Source: an uncultured Acidobacteriota bacterium (GTDB lineage: Bacteria; Acidobacteriota; Terriglobia; Acidiferrales; UBA7541). From it: a DNA stretch of 64,000 nt. Below, piece by piece: positions 17,070 through 26,444 of the stretch (its first letter is position 1; each line of letters opens with the position of its first letter). The stretch lies in the NCBI GenBank assembly GCA_963714785.1, contig CAVQQE010000012.1, positions 147,027 through 211,026 on the forward strand, given 5' to 3'. The translations under genes and the position numbers were made by a program. The notes below the pieces were generated by a model. It was not told the origin of the DNA and did not search any database. It worked only from the letters and a program-made list of their open reading frames with translations.

Positions 17070-20033
17070 CTAAAAACTGAAGGAGGCTTGGAGGTAGATT
17101 TGGCGGTTGGCGGAGTTGGAGTTGAAGGGGCCGAGGGCTTGGGTGTTCGGTCTGGCGAAGAAAGGCGAGGCTTCTGCCGCAGCCGTGGCGGTGGGAGGGA
17201 ATAGGACAGCACTGGGGATCGCGGAGTTCACGTCATTCAACAGATTGCGGGCGTTAATGCTGAAGGTGATGTTGTAGCGTTTATTGCTTCCGCCGGCTAT
17301 TCCGCCGAAGCCGCCTCCTCCTCCTCCGAATGGACCGCCAGGACCACGGCCGCCTCCGCCACCACCTCCGCGCCCGCCGCCACCACGCGGACCTCCCGCG
17401 CCAGCCCCAGTTGGGCCTTCGGCAGCTTTACCGAAACCGAACGTTTTGCTGAGGCGCACATTGAGTGTGAAGCGCCCGGCGCTGGTTAAATAATTCACCG
17501 GGATTTCTTCGCCGGGAGACGGAACGGTGTTGAACGCGGGCAAGCCGGGAACGGTGACGACATTTTGTGATGGAGTGGACGCGGTTGCGAAGGTGGGCCG
17601 GTAGTTGAATTGCGAGCTGCCTAAGACGTCCTGGCTCAAGGTGACGTTATATGGAATGCCTGAGCTGGCGATCATAAAGGGGCTGAAGCGGAAGCCGTAG
17701 GGCAGAGCGATGGAAGCCAGCATGAAATACCGATTGCGAATATCGAACGAAGCACGGCCGTAATCCGCGAGGATGTTAAAGGGATTCGATGGAAAAGAAT
17801 TTGCGCCGGAGGTGTCACTCTTGGCGTAGTTCAAAGTGTAATAACTGGTGATAAGCAGTTTGGAGCCTGCGCGCACGGTAGCCTGCACGAAAAGCTGGTT
17901 CTGGCGGAAGATAGCTTCCGATTCGTACTCGTAAACGTTGCCAATGGGGCCGAGTGGGCGATTCAGCAACGGCTGCGTGGGGATGTACTCACCGATAAAA
18001 GGTGTGTTGATATTGTTAGTGAAGAGCTGATCGGCGCCACGCGAGTTTAGATAGGAGACGGACATATTCGCAATTTTTGTGAGCTGACGCTCGAAGCTGA
18101 CGGCCGTTTGCGTGGTGGAAGGCGAGCGCAGATTTGGCTCCAAACGATAAGTGGAAGGCAAGGTAAGGTTGGCGGGGAGCGAAGAGATAGGAACCGGAGT
18201 GGTGGCGTTAAAAAAACCGGGAGTGGTGACGACGAATTGGGTGAGCGCATCGGCTCCGCCGGCCAATCTTTCGGCTTGCAGAGCGTAGGTTTCATTGAAG
18301 CGATCGTAAAAGATTCCGAAGCCGGCGCGCAAAACAGTTTTTGGCGGAGTTTTTCCGTGGCCGCCTATTCCCCAAGCGAAACCTAGGCGCGGAGCCCAAT
18401 CATCATGATCGCTGATTTCATTTTGGGCTTCGAAGCGCGCGCCGAGGCTGAGAGTGATATTGGGTTTCATGCGCCAGTCGTCTTGAATAAAAAGGCCGAC
18501 GTCAACTTGGCCAACGGAAAAGTTCGTTAAGTTCAGATTCGGATTTGCATTGCCGGTCACCGAGTATTGCACGGCGCCTTGCTGTGTGCCTTCGAGGGTG
18601 GCTTGATAAGCCTGGATCGAGGGAAAAACGAATGCGCCGTTGAAACCCGAGGTCGCGAAATTTGAGTCGGTAAGTCCGCGCAAGCGACCGCCGAATTTTA
18701 GAAAGTGTTTTGAAAATTGGATGGAAGTGTAATTTTGAAGTTCGTAGTGATTCGCATTGTCATTGACCGTTCCGGAGTTATTCCCGCCGCCGGTGAAAGC
18801 GCCTCCAACCGAGATGGTGGGAGCAGTGCTTACCGGAAGCTGGTTGCTTTCGTCGCGAAGATACTGAAAGTGGATCTCGTTGATGATGTTAGTCCCGAAG
18901 GCTTGGGTATCACTGACCTGCAAAGTTTGCTCGGTGGTCAGCGCGTTATAGCCCTGAGATGGCAGAAGAAAGCCGCCAATCCCTTCGTTGGTTTCATTGT
19001 CGCGGTAATACTGATACCGTACGGACAAAGTGTTGGTTTTGGTGAGTTGATAGTCGACACGTGGGCCAATGTTGTAGCGAGTGCGCGGATTGGGAATGGC
19101 GGCGCTGAAAGGTGTGATGGCGAATGTGGTGGGATCGACGGTTTGCGCGTCGACAATTTCAACGTCGTTGATATCGCGAATGTCGGCGGTGAAGAAGAAG
19201 GATGCCTTCTTGCCGAGCGGGCCTCCGAGATTGCCGGTGTACTGAGTGCTGTAGTAGCCGGGATACGGCGTGGTGGAAGCGCTTTTGTCGAAAAAAGGAT
19301 TTTCGGAGTTGAGCGCGGAGGTGCTGGCGTTGACGGAGACTTGGCCATGCCATTTGTCAGTGCCCGGCTTAGTGAAAATTTCAATACGGCCGTAGCCCAC
19401 CTTGTCATATTCGGCGGAGAAAGGATTTTGGTTGATGCGAATTTCGCGGATGGAAGATTTCGGAGGGAGCTGGCCGGCGGTGAAGCCGTCGATATAGAAC
19501 TGGCCGCCGTTAGGGCCGGCGGAAGGGCCTGCCAGGGCTTCTAAATCGGTTTGCAATTCGTCGGGGTCGTCTGGAAGGGCATCGAGTTCTTTTCCCGAAA
19601 TGGTGATGGCGCCGGCATTGTTCGCGGGATTCACATCCACCGTGGGCGTTTCGCCCTCCACGGTCACTTGCTGCTGCTGTTCTTCAATGGTGAGAAGGAT
19701 ATTCAGATTCTTGGTTTGGTCGGGCGCGATTTCGACGTCTTCGTTTTTATAAAGAGCGAATCCTTTGGCGACGATTTCCAAGGTGTATTTGCCGGGAGCT
19801 AGGTTTTTCAGATCGAAGGCGCCTTGTTGATTGGTGGTGGCTCCGGCGGAGGTTCCGTCGGCGCCGGTGAGGACGACGGTAGCGCCGGCGACAGCGGCAT
19901 TGGAGGGATCGAGCACCTGGCCGTGGAGCGCGCCGGCGGTAGAGGTGGCCGACTGACTATACGCACGAGCGGTTAAACACAGAAAAGCGATGGTAGCGAA
20001 CTGTAGAAAAATTTTGAGGCGCCGAAATTTCAT
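17070..20033 (-). CDS. TonB-dependent receptor with N-terminal carboxypeptidase-regulatory-like domain
   Basis: Start set at ATG 20033 (MKFRRLKIFLQFATIAFLCLTARAYSQ signal). The CarboxypepD_reg-like segment is GQVLDPSNAAVAGATVVLTGADG..GKYTLEIVAKGF, followed by plug and barrel. The C-terminus is the aromatic ASFSF. Confidence 0.85.
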   Translation of the reverse strand: MKFRRLKIFLQFATIAFLCLTARAYSQSATSTAGALHGQVLDPSNAAVAGATVVLTGADGTSAGATTNQQGAFDLKNLAPGKYTLEIVAKGFALYKNEDVEIAPDQTKNLNILLTIEEQQQQVTVEGETPTVDVNPANNAGAITISGKELDALPDDPDELQTDLEALAGPSAGPNGGQFYIDGFTAGQLPPKSSIREIRINQNPFSAEYDKVGYGRIEIFTKPGTDKWHGQVSVNASTSALNSENPFFDKSASTTPYPGYYSTQYTGNLGGPLGKKASFFFTADIRDINDVEIVDAQTVDPTTFAITPFSAAIPNPRTRYNIGPRVDYQLTKTNTLSVRYQYYRDNETNEGIGGFLLPSQGYNALTTEQTLQVSDTQAFGTNIINEIHFQYLRDESNQLPVSTAPTISVGGAFTGGGNNSGTVNDNANHYELQNYTSIQFSKHFLKFGGRLRGLTDSNFATSGFNGAFVFPSIQAYQATLEGTQQGAVQYSVTGNANPNLNLTNFSVGQVDVGLFIQDDWRMKPNITLSLGARFEAQNEISDHDDWAPRLGFAWGIGGHGKTPPKTVLRAGFGIFYDRFNETYALQAERLAGGADALTQFVVTTPGFFNATTPVPISSLPANLTLPSTYRLEPNLRSPSTTQTAVSFERQLTKIANMSVSYLNSRGADQLFTNNINTPFIGEYIPTQPLLNRPLGPIGNVYEYESEAIFRQNQLFVQATVRAGSKLLITSYYTLNYAKSDTSGANSFPSNPFNILADYGRASFDIRNRYFMLASIALPYGFRFSPFMIASSGIPYNVTLSQDVLGSSQFNYRPTFATASTPSQNVVTVPGLPAFNTVPSPGEEIPVNYLTSAGRFTLNVRLSKTFGFGKAAEGPTGAGAGGPRGGGGRGGGGGGGRGPGGPFGGGGGGFGGIAGGSNKRYNITFSINARNLLNDVNSAIPSAVLFPPTATAAAEASPFFARPNTQALGPFNSNSANRQIYLQASFSF

Positions 20034-20120
20034 TCTTTCCCCTGAGAGTCTTCGTAGTACTCCGCGCGGAGCTTCAGGGGTCAAAACCCCTGAAGAAATC
20101 GAACAGTTAACGGCACTGTT

Positions 20121-20185
20121 GAAACCCTGCCCTTCCGCATTTCAAACGATTACGCGTCGAACCCCTGCCCTTCCGTATTTCGAAC
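20121..20185. repeat. imperfect 27-bp direct repeat pair (A1/A2), 38-bp period
   Basis: gaaaccctgcccttccgcatttcaaac (20121-20147) versus gaacccctgcccttccgtatttcgaac (20159-20185), 24 of 27 identical. Both lie in the upstream region of the TonB-dependent receptor gene. Confidence 0.8.
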
Positions 20186-20264
20186 CGCAAAACCATACCT
20201 TCGTTGCCAGATCGAGCGGCTAACAGCGGTGTTTCTAATCGCAAATCCGCGCCTTCGTTGTCAG
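20186..20264. repeat. imperfect 25-bp direct repeat pair (B1/B2), 54-bp period
   Basis: cgcaaaaccataccttcgttgccag (20186-20210) versus cgcaaatccgcgccttcgttgtcag (20240-20264), 20 of 25 identical. Confidence 0.7.
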
Positions 20265-20279
20265 TTTCTGCGAGCATTT

Positions 20280-21545
20280 TTACGGGTTACCTGCGGCGTC
20301 CATCGCGGCGGAGCCGCCGAGGCTCCACGGCGAGAGAGTCATCACCTGGCTTGCATTTGGCGAGGCTACCAGAATCGGATCCACTCCGCCGACCACCGTG
20401 ATTGCTGTGACTCCGCTCGAGTCTGTTCCTTCCGTCGAGACAACCATTACGACATCGCCTTTCTGAAAATCAGCAAGCGATGAAGCGGGCATGCGGTTGA
20501 GTATTTGCTGGAGGTCGGCCTGACCGCCGCCGGAACGACCTGCGCCACCCGGGCCGCCTTGCGGTGCGTTTGAAGACGCAGATGCGCCGCTTCCAGGGGC
20601 ACGATTGCTGTTTGGAGCGCCTGAGCCGGGAGCGGTCGAGGCGTCACCGGATTGCGCTGTTCCGCCTGCGGCGGCTTTCAAGCGAAACGCAATTCGCTGC
20701 GCAACTTCGGGAGGAAGTTTGCGGAGTTGCGTTTGATCGGAAACTTTAACCGCAACGGTTTGTTTTGCGATCAGGTCGTTCACGGTGATCGTGTTTGAGG
20801 CAGGATCAACTGAGACGATGGGTCCGGCGATATTGCGGAACGAGCCGGTGACGACTACTTCGGAATCGAGCGCGGTTCCCTCAGCATTGCGGGTACCGAG
20901 GGCGCGGAGCTGATCTCCAGGCATGATTTGATCGAGAGAACTGACCTTGGCGTCGTCGAATTTCACGGAATCAGGAGCGTAGCGACGAAAAACGGTCTTG
21001 GTGGTGGTGTTGATGGCGATGGATTTTTTACTACTGCCAGCGGTAACTGAAATCGTTATAGTTTTCGTTGCCGGGTCTAGGGCAGTGACCAGGCCGCCTA
21101 CGCTGCGCTTCTGCCAGTCTTCGCGCTCGTGTTGTTGCTTGGCATCCACATCGGCGCGTTTCATTACGATAATTCCGATAGCGTTTACGGGCTGAGCCGT
21201 GTCGGAGGCTTTCCAGCGGATGAAGACACGGTCACCGACTTGCAGGTCTTTCAATTCGAGCGGGACAGCGTTCTTTAAATCTGTCTGGCCAGGTTCCACG
21301 CGGACGATTTTTGTGGTGGGCTGAACGTTTACGCTGGCAGTGGCTCCGGAGTCGGTGGTAATGGTGACGGTAGTTCCAACGATTGATTTAATGGCGCCGA
21401 CCTGTTTTTGAATTGCGTTTTGCTGATCGGCGTGATCGCCCTGCGACGGCCAGGCTGCAAACGACGGGGAGGCCGCGCTAGCAACTGCGATGGTTAAAGA
21501 AACATAAATTATCGATCCCAAAACTCTATTCATTTTCGAGCGCAT
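20280..21545 (-). CDS. secreted hypothetical protein with three internal beta-rich repeats and a Gly/Ser/Ala/Asn low-complexity region
   Basis: GAGGAA SD precedes ATG 21545. Signal peptide is VSLTIAVASAASPSFA. Repeated pattern: V..I....VTITTD.., LDPATKTITISV, VDPASNTITVND. It sits distal to the efflux genes on the same strand. Confidence 0.65.
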   Translation of the reverse strand: MRSKMNRVLGSIIYVSLTIAVASAASPSFAAWPSQGDHADQQNAIQKQVGAIKSIVGTTVTITTDSGATASVNVQPTTKIVRVEPGQTDLKNAVPLELKDLQVGDRVFIRWKASDTAQPVNAIGIIVMKRADVDAKQQHEREDWQKRSVGGLVTALDPATKTITISVTAGSSKKSIAINTTTKTVFRRYAPDSVKFDDAKVSSLDQIMPGDQLRALGTRNAEGTALDSEVVVTGSFRNIAGPIVSVDPASNTITVNDLIAKQTVAVKVSDQTQLRKLPPEVAQRIAFRLKAAAGGTAQSGDASTAPGSGAPNSNRAPGSGASASSNAPQGGPGGAGRSGGGQADLQQILNRMPASSLADFQKGDVVMVVSTEGTDSSGVTAITVVGGVDPILVASPNASQVMTLSPWSLGGSAAMDAAGNP

Positions 21546-21720
21546 AAAAGTTCCTCAACATCGATGCTGAAATTCTCCAGATGGGAGCATCGTTCATTCC
21601 AGTTGCAAGCCCACTGCCGGAAACAACTCAACTGTTTTCCATCATCCGTTAGACGCGGGCAGACCTAGAAACAGTTACGGAGAAATATTCGATCCGAGCG
21701 GGATCGTGACGTCGCGTTCA

Positions 21721-23304
21721 CTACTCGTTTAAGAGAGCCGGCGGTGGCGGAGGGCTCGGAATCATGAGCGGGCCGCTGACTAGGCCGGGCACGGAGGGGA
21801 GCTGCGATGCGTCCCAACCGCCTCCAATCGCTTCCACCAGCTGCACGCTCGCAGTGATTTGTTGAATGCGCAGGTTGACGTCCGTTTGCTGATTGCTGAA
21901 CAAGGTGGTTTGCGCGGTGATTACGTTTAGATACGGGTCGATGCCCAGCTTATAGCGGTCGGTGGCAATCTTAAGATTGCGTTCGGCGGAGCCGACGGCG
22001 GTGTCCTGCTGGGCGATTTCGACGGACAAAATTCTGATGGACGCCAGATTATCTTCGACTTGTTGAAAGGCGGCGAGAACCGTCTGTCGATAATTCGCGA
22101 TGGTCTCTAGAAAATTCGCCCTGTACTGTTGGACGGTTGCGTGACGGAGGCCGCCGTCGAAAAGCGTTTCCGAAACGGCCGGGCCCACGGAGAAGAAACG
22201 GCTGGGCCAGGTGAACCACTGCGTAAATGAGCTGCTCTCGAATCCCGCTGACGCGCTGAGTGTGACCGTGGGGTAATAGGCTGCGACGGCCACGCCGATT
22301 TGCGCGTTGGCTTGAGCCATCAATCTTTCCGAGGCGGCGATATCAGGACGGCGCTCAAGAAGTTGCGACGGCAGTCCGAAGGGAATAGCTGGGGGACTGG
22401 TCTTCAGCGGCAGCGTTCGAATTGAGAAAGTGGATGCGGGCTGGCCGACCAGCATTGCGACGGCGTGTTCGTACTGGGCGCGAAGAATACCGAGGTTGGT
22501 GTCCTGGGCTTGCGCAGATTCGAGCTGGGTTTCGGCTTGGGCGACGGATTCGTCGGAATCGATTCCGGTTTCGTATAGGGCTTGGGTGAGACGCAGGGAT
22601 TCCTGATAGGCTACGACAGTGTCATCTAATAATTTCTTGAGGGCGTCCTGGCCGCGAACATTGAAATAGTCGACGGCGACTTCGGCTTCGATCATCAGGC
22701 GAGTATTCTCGAGGTCGGCCGCACTCGCTTGCGCTGCGTTTGCATTTGCGCGCACGTTATTTCGAACGCGGCCGAAGAGATCCGGTGTCCAAGTGGCGTC
22801 GAAGGGCAAGGAATAGTTGGTAATGATTTGCGGCGAGACGACCACGCCGGTTCCGGTACTGCCGGTCGTGCCGGTTGCGAAACCGCTAGTTATTGTCCCC
22901 GACTGCTGACTGGTATTGATCGAGGGACCGACGGTGACGGTTGGAAAATATTGCGAGCGGGCTTCTTTGACCATGGTGCGCGCGACTAGAAAGGCTGCGG
23001 CAGCGGAAGCGATGCTCTGGTTCGAGACATTTACCTGTTCTTCGAGGGCGTTGAGCTCCGGATCGTTAAATATTCCCCACCACTTGCCTTTCAACGCAGA
23101 ATCTTTCGGCTGCGCCACTTTCCAGCCATCGGTGTTCTGGTAATCGGCGGGAGTGAGTTCCTTGAAGGATTCCGGAACGGTTGCGTCCGGCCGGTGATAG
23201 TGCGGACCTACGGTGCATCCAGAAAGCACAATAGCGAGAACGAGAGCACAGGCGAGAACCTGGCGAGGACTGGAAATAAGAGCTGTATTCATGGGAAGTT
23301 TCAA
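21721..23304 (-). CDS. RND efflux outer-membrane factor lipoprotein (NodT family)
   Basis: Lipobox LSGCTVGPHYHRP, followed by two OEP-type repeats. It is immediately downstream of the two RND permease genes. Confidence 0.9.
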   Translation of the reverse strand: MKLPMNTALISSPRQVLACALVLAIVLSGCTVGPHYHRPDATVPESFKELTPADYQNTDGWKVAQPKDSALKGKWWGIFNDPELNALEEQVNVSNQSIASAAAAFLVARTMVKEARSQYFPTVTVGPSINTSQQSGTITSGFATGTTGSTGTGVVVSPQIITNYSLPFDATWTPDLFGRVRNNVRANANAAQASAADLENTRLMIEAEVAVDYFNVRGQDALKKLLDDTVVAYQESLRLTQALYETGIDSDESVAQAETQLESAQAQDTNLGILRAQYEHAVAMLVGQPASTFSIRTLPLKTSPPAIPFGLPSQLLERRPDIAASERLMAQANAQIGVAVAAYYPTVTLSASAGFESSSFTQWFTWPSRFFSVGPAVSETLFDGGLRHATVQQYRANFLETIANYRQTVLAAFQQVEDNLASIRILSVEIAQQDTAVGSAERNLKIATDRYKLGIDPYLNVITAQTTLFSNQQTDVNLRIQQITASVQLVEAIGGGWDASQLPSVPGLVSGPLMIPSPPPPPALLNE

Positions 23305-23325
23305 GACTTTGACTCCATTGTGTGG

Positions 23326-26300
23326 TTAGTCTGCATAGTTCCCCAATTCTTCTCCGGGAAGCTGATCGATGGACTTCGGGTGTTTGCGCGCCCAGCGAAT
23401 ACGCAACCTGTCCATAAAGAGATAGACGACTGGGGTGGTGTAAAGCGTCAACATCTGGCTAACGATCAGGCCGCCGATAATGGTGATACCAAGAGGCCGA
23501 CGCAACTCCGAACCTGTACCGGTTCCCAGAGCAAGAGGGAGTGCGCCGAATATTGCGGCCATAGTGGTCATTAAAATGGGACGGAAACGCAGCAAGCAAG
23601 CCTGATAGATGGCGTCTACAGAGCTCTTTTTCTCGATGCGTTCAGCGGCGAGAGCAAAATCGATCATCAAGATCCCGTTTTTCTTCACGATACCAATGAG
23701 AAGGATGACACCAATGATTGCGATAACACTTAAATCGATATGGAAGATCAGCAGCGCGAGTACCGCTCCCACGCCGGCGGAAGGCAGTGTAGAGAGAATC
23801 GTGATGGGGTGGATATAACTTTCGTAAAGAATTCCGAGCACGATGTAAACGGCCATTAGGGCAGTGATGATGAGAAGAGGTTGTGTTGACAGAGAGGCTT
23901 GGAATGCCTGCAAGGTGCCGGAAAACATTCCGTGAATGGTGGTGGGCATTCCGATTTTTTGTTCCATATCGGTGATGGCTTTGGCAGCGTCGCTAAGTGA
24001 AACACCGGGAGCGAGGTTGAACGAGACGGTGACGGAAGGGAACTGACCCTGGTGGTTCACGGCAAGGGCGGCAGTTCGCGTCTCAGCATGGGCGATCGCG
24101 TTGAGGGGGACTTCTTTCCCCTGCGAAGCTTCCACGTAGACATCTTTCAGCGCTTCGGGACTTTGCCAGAACTGTGGCGCGACCTCCATCACCACGTGAT
24201 ACTGGTTCAGAGAGGTGTACATCGTAGAGACCTGGGCCTGGCCGAACGCTTCGTACAATGAAGTGTCGATCTGCTTCGGGGTAATTCCAAGCCTCGACGC
24301 GGTTTCGCGGTCATAGATTAACTCGGTTTCAAGGCCGCTGTTCTGCTGGTCGGTGTTGACGTCCGTCAACATGTGCTGCAGGCGCATCTGGGTGAGAAGA
24401 GTGGGGCCCCAGGTGACCAGATCGTCCAAGTTGTCGCTCTGAATCGTGTATTGATATTGCGCGCTACTCTGGCGGCCACCGATGCGCAAATCCTGTCCGG
24501 CCTGAAGAAACGCGGTAGCGCCGGGGACGGAGATGAGCTTTGGTCGCAAGCGATTGATGACATCGCTGGCAGAAATCTTGCGTTCATCGAGCGGCTTCAG
24601 CGCCATGTAAATAAAACCGGAATTCACGGCGCCCGCCCCTCCGGTGAAGGCCATTACATTTTGGGCGGCAGGGTCCTTCCCGACGATATCGACAAAACGC
24701 TTGGTGATAGTCTGCATGGCTTGATACGAAATATCCTGTTCGGCCTGAATACCGCCAAAAACGGTTCCGTTATCCTGCTGCGGGAAAAACCCTTTGGGGA
24801 CGACGTAAAAGAGATAGCCATTCAGCGCTACGGTGAGTAGCAAGATAGTCAGAGTGAGACCGGAATGGTTGAGCACCCAGCTTAAAGATCTTTCGTATAT
24901 CGCGAGCACTCGATTAAAAGCCCGCTCACTGGCTTGAAACAGTTTGTTGTGCGCGGATTCGTCCATATGTTTCAAAAGTCGGGAGCACATCATGGGCGTG
25001 GTGGTTAGGGAAATGACCAGCGAGATCATGATGGCGACCGAGAGGGTGACGGCAAACTCGCGGAACAAGCGGCCTACGATGCCGCTCATCATTAGAATGG
25101 GGATAAATACGGCGACCAGGGAAATACTGATGGAGAGAACAGTAAAGCCGATTTCACTGGCGCCTTTGAGGGCGGCATCCATCGGAGAGTAGCCCTGTTC
25201 GAGATAGCGAGAGATGTTTTCAATGACAACGATGGCGTCGTCCACCACGAACCCGGTGGCGATGGTGAGGGCCATCATCGATAAGTTGTCGATGCTATAC
25301 CTGCACAGATACATGACCGCGAAAGTGCCGACCAGCGAGACGGGAACGGCCACGCTGGGAATGAGGGTGGCGCGGACGTTCCGCAGGAAAAGAAAGACCA
25401 CCAAGATTACGAGGGCGATGGATATGGCCAGGGTACGTTCCACGTCGCTGACAGAGGCGCGAATGGTGGTGGTGCGGTCGAGCATAATGGTGAAATCCAT
25501 GGCGGCCGGAATGGAGGCCTTCAGAGAAGGAATCGAAGCTCGGATGCGATCCACGGTGTCGATGATGTTGGCACCGGGCTGCCTGAAAATAATCAATAAG
25601 ACGCCGGGTTTTCCGTTGACGTATCCGGCAGCGCGTATATTTTCTACGGAGTCCTCCACATCGGCAAAATCAGAAAGTTTTACGGCGGCGCCGTTGTGGT
25701 ATCCGACTACAAGATCTTTGTAGTATTGGGCCTTGAGAAGTTGGTCGTTGGTGGTGATGTCGGCGGTTCCGCGATCGTCGGATATTTGTCCCTTGGGCTC
25801 GTTGGCGTTTTGCGAGCTCAACATGGAGGCAACATCCTGAAGCCCGAGGCCGTAGCTGTTTAACTGAGTGGGATTAATTTCCACCCGGACTGCGGGAAGG
25901 GAGCTGCCGCCGACGCTGACCTGTCCGACACCTTCGATCTGCGAAAGCCGCTGCGAGATGATGGTGGAGGCTGCATCGTACATGGGGCCGCGGTCGTAAA
26001 CATCGGAAGTTAGCGCCAGAATCATGATGGGCGCATCCGCGGGATTTACCTTCCTGTAGGTGGGATTGCCGGGCAAATTAGCCGGCAAATAACTGCGCGC
26101 GGCATTGATTGAGGCCTGAACGTCGCGCGCGGCGCCGTTGATATCGCGGTTCAAGTCGAACTGGAGCGTGATGCTGGTGGTGCCGATACTGCTGGAGGAG
26201 GTCATTTCCGTGACGCCGGCGATGCGACCGAACTGGCGTTCGAGCGGAGTGGCAATCGAGGAAGCCATGATTTCGGGGCTCGCTCCCGGCAAAGTGGCGG

Positions 26301-26442
26301 CTACCGAGACGGTGGGGAAGTCCACCTGAGGAAGAGCCGAGACAGGCAACTGCTTGAACGCGACGGCCCCAGCGAGCGCAAGAGCCAAGGTGAGAAGGGC
26401 GGTGGCGACAGGGCGGCGAATAAATGGAGTAGATAGGCTCAT
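23326..26442 (-). CDS. mdtC: RND multidrug efflux permease, MdtC-like
   Basis: Start reset to ATG 26442 (MSLSTPFIRRPVATALLTL, the canonical RND N-terminus), 2 nt after the stop of the upstream paralog. The track start 26499 would overlap that gene. Confidence 0.85.
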   Translation of the reverse strand: MSLSTPFIRRPVATALLTLALALAGAVAFKQLPVSALPQVDFPTVSVAATLPGASPEIMASSIATPLERQFGRIAGVTEMTSSSSIGTTSITLQFDLNRDINGAARDVQASINAARSYLPANLPGNPTYRKVNPADAPIMILALTSDVYDRGPMYDAASTIISQRLSQIEGVGQVSVGGSSLPAVRVEINPTQLNSYGLGLQDVASMLSSQNANEPKGQISDDRGTADITTNDQLLKAQYYKDLVVGYHNGAAVKLSDFADVEDSVENIRAAGYVNGKPGVLLIIFRQPGANIIDTVDRIRASIPSLKASIPAAMDFTIMLDRTTTIRASVSDVERTLAISIALVILVVFLFLRNVRATLIPSVAVPVSLVGTFAVMYLCRYSIDNLSMMALTIATGFVVDDAIVVIENISRYLEQGYSPMDAALKGASEIGFTVLSISISLVAVFIPILMMSGIVGRLFREFAVTLSVAIMISLVISLTTTPMMCSRLLKHMDESAHNKLFQASERAFNRVLAIYERSLSWVLNHSGLTLTILLLTVALNGYLFYVVPKGFFPQQDNGTVFGGIQAEQDISYQAMQTITKRFVDIVGKDPAAQNVMAFTGGAGAVNSGFIYMALKPLDERKISASDVINRLRPKLISVPGATAFLQAGQDLRIGGRQSSAQYQYTIQSDNLDDLVTWGPTLLTQMRLQHMLTDVNTDQQNSGLETELIYDRETASRLGITPKQIDTSLYEAFGQAQVSTMYTSLNQYHVVMEVAPQFWQSPEALKDVYVEASQGKEVPLNAIAHAETRTAALAVNHQGQFPSVTVSFNLAPGVSLSDAAKAITDMEQKIGMPTTIHGMFSGTLQAFQASLSTQPLLIITALMAVYIVLGILYESYIHPITILSTLPSAGVGAVLALLIFHIDLSVIAIIGVILLIGIVKKNGILMIDFALAAERIEKKSSVDAIYQACLLRFRPILMTTMAAIFGALPLALGTGTGSELRRPLGITIIGGLIVSQMLTLYTTPVVYLFMDRLRIRWARKHPKSIDQLPGEELGNYAD

Positions 26443-26444
26443 CT

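Noticed and set aside
17284-17493. Poly-proline ORF (PPKPPPPPPNGPPGPRPPPPPPPRPPPP).
   Set aside because: It is the reverse complement of the Gly/Arg-rich codon run inside the TonB-dependent receptor gene. It has no independent start context.
20186-20264. Sigma-54 promoter resemblance in the B repeats (minus strand cTGGCAAcgaagg...TTTTGCg).
   Set aside because: The GG and GC elements are about 20 nt apart instead of the strictly required 12-nt register. Alternative registers are one nucleotide short.
20121-20264. A CRISPR-like array.
   Set aside because: There are only two copies of each unit. The copies are imperfect, the spacings (38 and 54 bp) differ between the two families, and there are no cas genes. 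This is not a CRISPR array.
23609-23818. The antisense [23 protein letters not shown].. and its look-alike at 26740-26931 (..[16 protein letters not shown]..) appear conserved.
   Set aside because: Both lie antisense to the same conserved transmembrane segment of the two paralogous RND permeases. The similarity is a by-product of sense-strand conservation, not evidence of a gene.
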